From a virus (Duplodnaviria > Caudoviricetes): a DNA stretch of 57,327 bases. Each line of letters opens with the position of its first letter. The stretch's first letter is position 1. This document shows, one piece after another, positions 26,157 to 34,078 of this stretch. Location: positions 1-57,327 of the IMG/VR virus record IMGVR_UViG_3300002145_000154. One strand, written 5' to 3'. The notes under the pieces were generated by a model. The model was not told where the DNA came from. It saw only the letters and a program-made list of their open reading frames with translations, and made no database searches. The translations under genes were made by a program, and so were the position numbers.

Positions 26157-26350
26157 TCTGTCACCTCCTTTTCTTCCATCATTCTGTGTTTGTTGAGTCC
26201 TGGATCAGAAATGGCTCGGAGCATTCCGATAGCGATACAAGCCCTTAACAAGCAAGAGTAGCATGAGCTGGGAATATCTTGGCCTTCGAGTTCTACGATA
26301 AGACTATCAAGAGAACCATCTACCTCTGTGAGAACATCCTGTAGTTCCAC
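26144..26350 (-). CDS. hypothetical protein
   Basis: Fills the gap between coupled genes. Confidence 0.45.
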   Translation of the reverse strand: MELQDVLTEVDGSLDSLIVELEGQDIPSSCYSCLLRACIAIGMLRAISDPGLNKHRMMEEKEVTDCQS

Positions 26351-26351
26351 G

Positions 26352-27515
26352 TTACAGCTCCTGGAACAGTGAATCGACTCTTTGGAGTCCTACTTCAGAC
26401 CCCGAAGACAAGTAGTTGTCTACATCAGCAAACCCTCCCTCTGCTAGGATGTTGTAGAATCCATAAGGAGTTCTCCAATGTAACCAGTTGTAAGCACCTC
26501 CATCTGCTCCGCCGAATGGGTCGAACTTTTCACCTGTTGGTTCTCCTGTTTCAGCGTCAGTGAATCCCTTGACCCAATCGTACCACTCACAAAGTTGTTC
26601 TAAGATCGGAGTAAGAAACTCTTTCTGATATTTGGCGAGGTCTTCAGGCGTGACTTCTGCTGAGAACCGAGTGAAGTATTCCTCCTGACATCCAGATAGG
26701 ATTTCACCAAGTCTGGCAAAGTATCCCTCTTCTGACTCTCCTTGTGGATTTTTGGCCGTTGGTTTGTGAGGACGAATGGAACCCTTCCCTCCACTTAGAG
26801 GCCGCCTTATCACATTATAGCGGACACCAGCAAGCGAATATTTCGCGAGCGTTGGGTGTTCCATCCTGGAGAGAGCCGTGAGATACATCATCGACTGAAG
26901 ATCAAACGTCAGTTGGCGACTGAGAACTTGGCCGTCCACCGAACTTTTGGTCTTGTTTTCTTGGAGATACACAGATTTCTTGCGTCCACGTTTGATCACA
27001 TCCACTGAATCGAACTTTCCACGCAAGAGCACGACACGACCGGAGGGTAGCTCGTATGGGACACGGAACACTTCTTCCTGAAATATTGGTTCCCGATTGA
27101 GCACGTCCTTCTGTTTCTTCCAATAGTCCACATACAACGGGAATTGAATGAGACAAACCTTCCACCACTTCCTGATCTCAGTTTGTTGTAATGGATACTC
27201 TCGACAGAGGTTCTGGCAGTACTTCTTGAGAGGGATTTCGTATGTCTCGTTCCTGGCTAAGTGCTCTTCACAAAGATGCCACATTTGTCCGTACTCAATC
27301 TTCACATCGAATTTCTTAGCAGGACGAAGACCCTCTATCGCTAAGAGTCGGAAGCGTTCTCGGCAAACGAGGAATCGGCTGAGAAGTGATTGAGTGATCC
27401 CATCAACTTCTGGTCCTTTCCAGACTGGTCCTCTTTTCCGGGACTCATTGAAGGACTTGATTTTGTTCTTCAGAGTAGAGAGAGCAGCTGGCTTCTTCTT
27501 CTTAGGACTTGGCAT
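26352..27515 (-). CDS. PD-(D/E)XK (RecB/Cas4-like) exonuclease
   Basis: TQSLL..F..CRERF, G..WH..EE, LRGKFD, QENKT, Q...Y. Confidence 0.8.
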   Translation of the reverse strand: MPSPKKKKPAALSTLKNKIKSFNESRKRGPVWKGPEVDGITQSLLSRFLVCRERFRLLAIEGLRPAKKFDVKIEYGQMWHLCEEHLARNETYEIPLKKYCQNLCREYPLQQTEIRKWWKVCLIQFPLYVDYWKKQKDVLNREPIFQEEVFRVPYELPSGRVVLLRGKFDSVDVIKRGRKKSVYLQENKTKSSVDGQVLSRQLTFDLQSMMYLTALSRMEHPTLAKYSLAGVRYNVIRRPLSGGKGSIRPHKPTAKNPQGESEEGYFARLGEILSGCQEEYFTRFSAEVTPEDLAKYQKEFLTPILEQLCEWYDWVKGFTDAETGEPTGEKFDPFGGADGGAYNWLHWRTPYGFYNILAEGGFADVDNYLSSGSEVGLQRVDSLFQEL

Positions 27516-28062
27516 GGATTTCCTCGAATAGGTCTACGAGTTGGACTTCCGTTTTCTGGATGGCCAAACCTTGTTGGGATTGATCAGCTCTCAAGATAAC
27601 AGCTGGATGGATGATCACCACTGGGTCTGTCTCAAGCTCCAACAGCTTCGGAATCCACTTGCCGGGCAACTTCCCGACACAAACGATTTGGGATGGTTGA
27701 CAAAGAACTAAGAGTTCTCTGAGACGTGGGCTACAAGCCTCGATTGCACTTTTTGGTGGTTCGTGAGTCTTCTGGTTGGAATCATCCAATGGGATACATC
27801 CAACCAGATTTGTGAAGGCAATCCTTGGAGGCTCCTCGATATCTGCAAGTCTTATTGCTCTCTCGATTATTTGGTCTAAGAGTTTGCCAGCTGGTCCAAT
27901 AAATGGTTTCCCTAGATCATTTTCAGAAGTTCCAGGAGCCTCTCCAACGAAGAGAACATCGCAAGGGATTTTACCTCTTAGGAGAACAACATTTCGTCGT
28001 TGCTCACAAAGACTGCATTCCTGACAACCAACCCACCGCTCCTTATACTCCTTCCAAGCCAT
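27502..28062 (-). CDS. family 4 uracil-DNA glycosylase
   Basis: CQECSLC, VGEAPG..E...G.PF.GPAG, TNLVGCIP, AC, HPA. Confidence 0.9.
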   Translation of the reverse strand: MAWKEYKERWVGCQECSLCEQRRNVVLLRGKIPCDVLFVGEAPGTSENDLGKPFIGPAGKLLDQIIERAIRLADIEEPPRIAFTNLVGCIPLDDSNQKTHEPPKSAIEACSPRLRELLVLCQPSQIVCVGKLPGKWIPKLLELETDPVVIIHPAVILRADQSQQGLAIQKTEVQLVDLFEEIHAKS

Positions 28063-28312
28063 CGCTATCTTTCTTTTCTAGGAGGGAAAGACAATCTTCC
28101 AGACTAAGAGTCGACAACACCCAATACGTCTTCTTTTCAATGTTCCGGACTTCATACACCTCAATCGGAAAAGGAGAAGACCTAGGAACCTCTTTCCAAG
28201 AGATTTTGACTGGATCAGGAGCTACTGCTTCTAGGACTTGACAACGACGATAAGGTTCCAAAGTTCCATGAAGACAGCCTCCTAAGCAAAGCAAGCCAGT
28301 GTCTGAGGTCAT
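28043..28312 (-). CDS. hypothetical protein
   Basis: LGGCLHG motif; coupled in the operon. Confidence 0.5.
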   Translation of the reverse strand: MTSDTGLLCLGGCLHGTLEPYRRCQVLEAVAPDPVKISWKEVPRSSPFPIEVYEVRNIEKKTYWVLSTLSLEDCLSLLEKKDSDGLEGV

Positions 28313-28328
28313 TGTTTCTACACTCTTT

Positions 28329-28778
28329 TCAGTTTGTTTCTAAGTGCTTCCTGTACAGCACACTCCTCTGTTTACCATTCCTGCATTGTTTGATTACTGA
28401 GTGAGGGATACCGCGATGTTCTAGTATTTTGATCTGAACAGGTTTTGGCTGGTTCTTAAATTTCGTTGTGACCTGTCTGATACCCACTGGATGGTATGGT
28501 CCTTGCTCTTGTTCCAGATACTCTGCCATTGCTCTGAGAACTTCTGGTAAGTCCTGAGAGAGCGTCGCACACCGTGTGAAGAAGAAATTTTCGACCTTTC
28601 CAAGGAGGGCATTTCCCTCTCTGGAAACGACTCCCCTGATTCTCCCTGAGCGGTGATCGTGGTCTACAACAGGCTCGTATCCCTCTGCCTTCAGTATAGG
28701 GCAAATTTTGGGTGCGTTTTCTTTGCGATAGTTTGGTAGATCCTTCCCTGGGACATAGCCGATCCGTTGTTTAGACAT
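28329..28778 (-). CDS. endonuclease VII-like resolvase
   Basis: CPIL...VVDHDHRSGRIRGV...GNALLGKVEN...YL...HP. Confidence 0.8.
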   Translation of the reverse strand: MSKQRIGYVPGKDLPNYRKENAPKICPILKAEGYEPVVDHDHRSGRIRGVVSREGNALLGKVENFFFTRCATLSQDLPEVLRAMAEYLEQEQGPYHPVGIRQVTTKFKNQPKPVQIKILEHRGIPHSVIKQCRNGKQRSVLYRKHLETN

Positions 28779-28802
28779 TGTCAGAATCCTCAGTCCAAGA
28801 AA

Positions 28803-29048
28803 CTATAGAACACTTTCGATTAGATCACGAAACTCCAGGTATTTGCGAATACTATCTCCGGAGATCGCTTCAACCGTAGCACTTCCATTCGGGAGCGTCT
28901 CTCGCAGTAAAACACACCCACAATCGAATCTCGCAGACACAATGCGTCCATCCTCTAAGAGTTGGTGCTTCGCTTCCCCGAATGTTTTTTCAATCTCTTT
29001 GTATCGATGGGGACTTTCTTCAGCGAAAGAAGGTATTCTATCAGTCAT
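28803..29048 (-). CDS. hypothetical protein
   Basis: 81 aa; 8-nt overlap with the upstream gene. Confidence 0.55.
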   Translation of the reverse strand: MTDRIPSFAEESPHRYKEIEKTFGEAKHQLLEDGRIVSARFDCGCVLLRETLPNGSATVEAISGDSIRKYLEFRDLIESVL

Positions 29049-29415
29049 TGTCGAATTCCAGATAGACAGGTTGAGTACGTAGACGATCAGCAGAGCGTTG
29101 TCGAGACCTTCTCAGCCTGTTGAGCACTGGCTTCAGGTCGTCCGAAGTCAAACAATGCAACAATGCAGTTTTCAGCGGGCGTGGAAGATGTTGCCAGAAG
29201 TCTTTGACGAATTCGATCGCAGACTCTTGTGTTGGATACGTTGCTATTCGACGACCTGAGGCAAAGTGCGTGATTTCGTACAACTCAGTCTGTGAGGAAG
29301 TCTCAAGGTCAATTCTGTTGTGGACACAGAAGACCTCATTTACGACAACACACGGCACACGAGCAAAACCGTCGGTGTTTTTTAACACGACATATGATAC
29401 AGGTTTTGGCATCAA
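29041..29415 (-). CDS. hypothetical protein
   Basis: YEITHFASGRRI motif; ATGA coupling. Confidence 0.6.
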   Translation of the reverse strand: MMPKPVSYVVLKNTDGFARVPCVVVNEVFCVHNRIDLETSSQTELYEITHFASGRRIATYPTQESAIEFVKDFWQHLPRPLKTALLHCLTSDDLKPVLNRLRRSRQRSADRLRTQPVYLEFDND

Positions 29416-29726
29416 ATTGTCTTCCCAAGTTCTTCGCAGATGATTTCAAGCTGTCGGCGGGTGGTATTGGATAGCACACAGATCTCTTCTCCAGACTCAC
29501 TTCTAAGAAAAACTCGTTTAGAGTTCCGTCCCCACACAACTGTCAGCCCATTGTACTCTAGACAGAACAAGTCGTCTTCTTGTCCGTTGATGACCTGGTT
29601 ACTGAATCCCTTGGACTTGATCCAATCTACTGTCACTAGAGCATGTCCACCTCCACTTGCGTCAGGTTCTTTTCTTGCTGGGTTTAGCACGAGGTCTACC
29701 TCTTCGCTTTTTGGGAGGGAAGTCAT
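29412..29726 (-). CDS. hypothetical protein
   Basis: 104 aa; TRRQLEIICEELG C-terminus. Confidence 0.55.
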   Translation of the reverse strand: MTSLPKSEEVDLVLNPARKEPDASGGGHALVTVDWIKSKGFSNQVINGQEDDLFCLEYNGLTVVWGRNSKRVFLRSESGEEICVLSNTTRRQLEIICEELGKTI

Positions 29727-30039
29727 GGACAGTAACTTTCAACCGATTCCCTTCGTAGGAAATACTCACCGCCTTCCCCAGTTTAACCACTTCATTCCGT
29801 ATCTGCTGAGCCATCCCATGCATCTGACAATCGAAGTCAACTCCATGTTCTAGCACAAACGATTCGTTAGAAAACCACTCTTCCCACGGATATTTCCGTG
29901 CATAAGTAGTTGGGTCACGTTCTTTTCTAGGAACTGGTTCAGTTACAACAGTTCTTTTGAATTCGAACTTCGTTGTTCTCAATGGCTTTCTATGCATCTT
30001 TTCTATGATCTCCTTTCCATGTATTCTTCTGACCGTCAA
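29662..30039 (-). CDS. small DNA-binding protein with C-terminal AT-hook
   Basis: RKYPWEEWF domain; PPKKRRGRPRAKP; start uncertain. Confidence 0.6.
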   Translation of the reverse strand: MTVRRIHGKEIIEKMHRKPLRTTKFEFKRTVVTEPVPRKERDPTTYARKYPWEEWFSNESFVLEHGVDFDCQMHGMAQQIRNEVVKLGKAVSISYEGNRLKVTVHDFPPKKRRGRPRAKPSKKRT

Positions 30040-30246
30040 TACATCCCCCCTTCCCCCCCTTCATTAGAAGTTTCACCTGATCAGGTCAGGAATTACATGG
30101 GTCAGGAAAGAATGCATTTATCCAGACGAAGCAGAGAGCTAATGTCCTGCGGCCAGGCTGGAGACGGCCTCCCCCACGCTTTCGCGTTCCCGCATTATAG
30201 CTCCGGGGGAAGCCCGAATTTTCTCGTCGCCATTGTCACTAGGCTC

Positions 30247-30345
30247 GAAAAAGAATTTTGGGAATTTTTCGGAATAGTTCCCCCCAGACTATTTACGGAC
30301 TTCGCCAGTTATACTAAAGTGCGTTCTCGAAGTCAGGGTTCACTA
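30247..30345 (+). promoter_or_regulatory. phage promoter/operator copy 2
   Basis: A/T tracts, AATAG-N11-CTATT (30273-30293), TTTACG-N17-TAAAGT, downstream GGTTCAC. Confidence 0.65.
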
Positions 30346-30356
30346 AGGAATTTCAG

Positions 30357-30749
30357 ATGGTAACGCTCAAAGCAGACCCACGAACCTGCACTCGGTGTGC
30401 AGGTGCTGGCAGCAAGCCTAACTGGGTGCCAGAAGATGGACGGTGCTACTTGTGCCGTGGTACTGGTTTTCTGCCCACGATAGCTCAGGTCGTTCGAGAA
30501 AAGATCAAGGGATTTCGGGACCACCTGACAGAGATGGAACAGCACGCTGCTGATCTGAAAATTGTCATAGAAAAGACTCGGTCCCGATTTTGCCGGGACA
30601 AGTGGACTAAGGAGTTGGAAGATTTGCGGACAACTTATCGAGTTGTCCGTGGTCGCCTCGGTCGATTGGAGACAGGGACTGTAGAAAGAGTCACGATTTC
30701 CACACTCCAGGGCACCAAGATTTACCTCTCTTCTGGAGAGACGTTGTGA
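30357..30749 (+). CDS. DnaJ-type Zn-finger coiled-coil protein
   Basis: CTRCAGAG...CYLCRGTG then helical region; first gene after the promoter. Confidence 0.7.
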   Translation: MVTLKADPRTCTRCAGAGSKPNWVPEDGRCYLCRGTGFLPTIAQVVREKIKGFRDHLTEMEQHAADLKIVIEKTRSRFCRDKWTKELEDLRTTYRVVRGRLGRLETGTVERVTISTLQGTKIYLSSGETL

Positions 30750-30805
30750 CGTTCCGTGCTGTCATCCCCGACAGCTTTCTTTTCTTTGTGTAGGAGCAAG
30801 CTCTA

Positions 30806-31021
30806 ATGGTCCAAGTCGTACGAACACCAGCCTTCGCCAGAAATCTGTTCACAGCAAACCAGCTCTGTGGTTGGGCGGATTTTGCTTCGGGTGTCGACTT
30901 TTCAAGGCAAAAGAAGAAGCCTCTCAAGAAAGGCAAACAACGCAAACGGCAGAACACTTTCCAAGGACAGAAGCACACTGTCGCCCTCTGTACTCTTGGA
31001 GCTGACGCTGAGCTCGTGTAG
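30806..31021 (+). CDS. small basic hypothetical protein
   Basis: AGGAG upstream of ATG; Lys-rich. Confidence 0.35.
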   Translation: MVQVVRTPAFARNLFTANQLCGWADFASGVDFSRQKKKPLKKGKQRKRQNTFQGQKHTVALCTLGADAELV

Positions 31022-31104
31022 TCACTGACTTCAGACGATCTTCTTCCTGGTCCCCGTTCTCTGTGATCGGGGACTCTTTTCACAATCTTCGGAGCACGAT
31101 ACAA

Positions 31105-32343
31105 ATGACAGACGAACGCGAACCCCTCTACCCAACGTACAAAGTCCGGCTCTGTACTGAAGACAATGCGATCACAGAAGAAGGAGCCAAAGAACTTCTT
31201 GGCTGGACTACTGAGTCTGGTGATGAGAAATTCGGTGCCGAGTATTCGTTCATCGACTTGGAAGGCAACAAAGTGCGTTGCTTGAACAACTCGGCGAACC
31301 GTCCGATTTACAAAGGTAACACGGACACGCTTCAGCAGGAACACTTGAGAGCTCGATGGAGGTTTAACGGAGAGCCAATCATCATCGGTGAGTATGGTTC
31401 CATTCTCAACGGACAACACTCGCTGATCAGTTTCGTGTTTGCCTGTCAGGCATACCGTAAATCTCCGGAGATTTGGGAAGAGTACTGGCAGGAAGCTCCT
31501 GTCATGGAGAAACTCCTGGTTCTCGGTGTGAGCGAGGACGACGAAGTTGTTAACACCCTGGACACCTGCCGGCCACGATCGCTCACGGATGTCCTGTATC
31601 GCTCTGAGTACTTCAGGGACCTACAGCCGAAGTATCGGCGAGAAGCAGCTCGGTGTACAGACCATACAATTCGTATGTTGTGGGCACGGACAGGAGCCAG
31701 CACCAACGCCTTTTCTCTACGGAGGACTCACTCAGAGTCCCTGGATTTCGTTGCTCGCCACCCACGAGTGCTTGAGTGTGTAGGGAAAGTCATAGAACTG
31801 GCTGACCAGGGTGAGTCTGGTGTGTTGTGTGAGTACATGTCCCTTGGGTACCTCTCCTCATTGTTGTACTTGATGGGTTCTTCCAACTCGTCTCGAACAA
31901 CCTACACTGAAGAACGTGCCGAGATCGTCCTTAACTGGGATAACTGGGATACTGCTTGTGAATTCTTACACCATCTTGCGGAGGGCTCTCCGGAGTTCCT
32001 TCCCGTAAGAAAGGCTCTCGCTAATGCTCTTCGCAAGCGAGACATCAAACCAGTCCGTTGGGCGGTCCTCATCAAAGCCTGGCATCTCTTCCTTTCTGGG
32101 GAGAAGCTCACTGAGAACAGTCTGGTACTGGATTGGGTCAACAACTCTTCTGATCTCCCAGAGTTAGCGGAGTGTCCTACTACGGGAGGAATTGACATTG
32201 GTGATGCCACTCACCATGAAGAAGAGGAAACTCTGGCCCCAGTACCCGAACCAAAACCAGAACCAGCTCCAACGAAGAAAGCTCCGACGAAGAAAGCTCC
32301 GACGAAGAAGAAGTCAGTTAAGAAAGCAGCTTCTACCACTTGA
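31105..32343 (+). CDS. ParB/DGQHR-like domain protein with APTKK-repeat tail
   Basis: NRP...WRFNGEPII...G.ILNGQHSL...LDT.RPRSLTD; GGAG RBS before ATG 31105. Confidence 0.65.
   Translation: MTDEREPLYPTYKVRLCTEDNAITEEGAKELLGWTTESGDEKFGAEYSFIDLEGNKVRCLNNSANRPIYKGNTDTLQQEHLRARWRFNGEPIIIGEYGSILNGQHSLISFVFACQAYRKSPEIWEEYWQEAPVMEKLLVLGVSEDDEVVNTLDTCRPRSLTDVLYRSEYFRDLQPKYRREAARCTDHTIRMLWARTGASTNAFSLRRTHSESLDFVARHPRVLECVGKVIELADQGESGVLCEYMSLGYLSSLLYLMGSSNSSRTTYTEERAEIVLNWDNWDTACEFLHHLAEGSPEFLPVRKALANALRKRDIKPVRWAVLIKAWHLFLSGEKLTENSLVLDWVNNSSDLPELAECPTTGGIDIGDATHHEEEETLAPVPEPKPEPAPTKKAPTKKAPTKKKSVKKAASTT
32266..32310 (+). repeat. 15-nt coding tandem repeat x3 (APTKK)
   Basis: gctcc(a/g)acgaagaa(a/g) three times. 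Confidence 0.85.
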
Positions 32344-32360
32344 ACAAAGGAAAGCCAAGG

Positions 32361-32558
32361 ATGGAACTCCCTCTAGGACAAGAAGAGTGTGTCCATTGCT
32401 ATGCTATTGTGGCTGGTGTGGATTCTTACAAAGTGAATGATCACGGTCCAGTTTGTGAGAGCTGTGCTGTGATTGCCAAAGACGGATTTGGGGACGGTCG
32501 AACAGTGAAAGTAGCGAGATTTCACCTTCCGTTCCCGGCTCCTCCTAAGAAAGGCTAG
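32361..32558 (+). CDS. small Zn-finger protein
   Basis: CVHC...VCESC. Confidence 0.55.
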   Translation: MELPLGQEECVHCYAIVAGVDSYKVNDHGPVCESCAVIAKDGFGDGRTVKVARFHLPFPAPPKKG

Positions 32559-32561
32559 ACA

Positions 32562-33023
32562 TTGCAAACTTTCCTGCCACTTCCTTCGTCCAGTGAGTCA
32601 GCCAAAGTGTTGGACGTGAAACGGCTGGGGAAGCAACGTGTAGAATGCTTAGAGCTTCTCGTTATCCTCAATGGGACACAGCCGGATTGGATGTCGGACA
32701 GTTGGTACGTCCGCTGTCAGCACCACCGACACCATCCGGCTGTGTCTATGTGGGACGGTTATGTAGAAGCTCTCGTTGAGTACGGAGTTGAGATTTGTGA
32801 TGAGTGGATTCGACGAGGATACAAGGACAACTGTCGGGAACGGATAATCCAACAAAGTCAGGGAACGGAAATTGTCTACCCTTCTTGGTTCGGTGATCCA
32901 GAGTTCCACGCGAGTCATCGTTCTAACCTCTTACGGAAAGCTCCGGTTTGGTATTCGATCTATGAGTGGACCGAGTCGTCCAAGGCACCATACATTTGGC
33001 CTGTTCCCTCTCTCAGCGATTAG
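32562..33023 (+). CDS. MSMEG_6728-like pyrimidine-dimer DNA glycosylase family protein
   Basis: MQTFLP...LD.KRLGKQRVE...HPA..MW.GY...HASHRSNLLRK...Y.WP; TTG start. Confidence 0.85.
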   Translation: MQTFLPLPSSSESAKVLDVKRLGKQRVECLELLVILNGTQPDWMSDSWYVRCQHHRHHPAVSMWDGYVEALVEYGVEICDEWIRRGYKDNCRERIIQQSQGTEIVYPSWFGDPEFHASHRSNLLRKAPVWYSIYEWTESSKAPYIWPVPSLSD

Positions 33024-33054
33024 TCGTTTTGTTACTATACGTTTGAAGCCTGGA

Positions 33055-33160
33055 TTTTTCTTTGAAAAAATTGAAATTTTCTTCCGAATAGCTTCCCCCG
33101 ACTATTTACTTCTCGGAATAGTCCCCCTATACTGCGTCCATCGCGGTGAGGGGTTCACCG
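33055..33160 (+). promoter_or_regulatory. phage promoter/operator copy 3
   Basis: A/T tracts, AATAG-N10-CTATT (33087-33106), TTTACT-N17-TATACT (33128-33133), downstream GGTTCAC. Confidence 0.75.
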
Positions 33161-33188
33161 GGTGAAACTGTTAACGGAGAGAACTACA

Positions 33189-33497
33189 ATGAAGATTTCA
33201 AACGAACTTATCGCTAAAGTCCGCTCACTGGTTTTCAATGAACTCGGAATCACAATGCCAGCCGTTTTTGAAGTCTCAACCAACTGGGTTGAGGTTGCTG
33301 TCAAGCATCCGATTCCGACGTCTCACCTGGGTCCATTCGCCCCAGCCATCGAATCAATGACCGTCACAGTGAGTGTTGGGTTCTCAGAAGAGAACGAAGA
33401 AAGATCGGAACGTGCTAATGTACGTTACGAGTATGACTACAATCACCCTTGTGGCGGACACAACGGATACACTCACCGTGTCAGCTTCGGTCTTTGA
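33189..33497 (+). CDS. hypothetical early protein
   Basis: ACGGAG RBS; Y.H..GG.NG motif. Confidence 0.65.
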   Translation: MKISNELIAKVRSLVFNELGITMPAVFEVSTNWVEVAVKHPIPTSHLGPFAPAIESMTVTVSVGFSEENEERSERANVRYEYDYNHPCGGHNGYTHRVSFGL

Positions 33498-33507
33498 TAT
33501 TTCTCGG

Positions 33508-33530
33508 CCTCCCGGATTGTGTCCGGGAGG
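33508..33530 (+). other. intergenic GC-rich hairpin
   Basis: cctcccgga-ttgtg-tccgggagg; weak T tail. Confidence 0.55.
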
Positions 33531-33568
33531 TCACTTTCTCAAAGCACTCACGAATTCCGGAGAATCCA

Positions 33569-34006
33569 ATGGACTACCAACTCACACGCGACGACATTAA
33601 GTTTCTCAAGAAGGCAGAGGTCCACGGTCGTAGACTCGGAAAGGACTGCTCGCGACTGGAAGCTGTACACGACAACCTCCGAAGCGAGATTCCCTGTCAG
33701 GACCGACTCACACGATACAATCGGTCGGAGAGCACCGTGTCGGAACATTCCAAAGCGTTCGCATTCAATGTTGGAAGTTCTCGAATGGGAGGTTCTCGAA
33801 GTCAGTGGCAAACCATATGCTCGCTTCTCCGTGTTGGAGATGTTCTACGACTTGTGTGGGTGTCTGACAACAATAATCAGTACGTGGAAGAGGCGAATCT
33901 CCACCACGACGAACTCCATCTCGTCATCGTAAGAGGATCGAAGGAAATGGAGTTCCATATCCACGACAGCACTTGTGCTAACAATTCAGCCCGAATGTTC
34001 AATTAG
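33569..34006 (+). CDS. hypothetical phage protein
   Basis: GGAG RBS before ATG 33569; LRVGD...DNN...LHHDEL.L...NSARM. Confidence 0.65.
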   Translation: MDYQLTRDDIKFLKKAEVHGRRLGKDCSRLEAVHDNLRSEIPCQDRLTRYNRSESTVSEHSKAFAFNVGSSRMGGSRSQWQTICSLLRVGDVLRLVWVSDNNNQYVEEANLHHDELHLVIVRGSKEMEFHIHDSTCANNSARMFN

Positions 34007-34028
34007 CCGATACCGTTTGAAATTCCTC

Positions 34029-34051
34029 CCCAACGATCACGTGTCGTTGGG
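34029..34051 (+). other. intergenic hairpin upstream of the helicase
   Basis: cccaacga-tcacgtg-tcgttggg. Confidence 0.5.
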
Positions 34052-34078
34052 TGTCTTCAGCACAGAAAAGAGTACACC

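Noticed and set aside
30691-31419. 242-aa minus-strand ORF
   Set aside because: Antisense to the promoter-driven plus-strand genes; no motifs.
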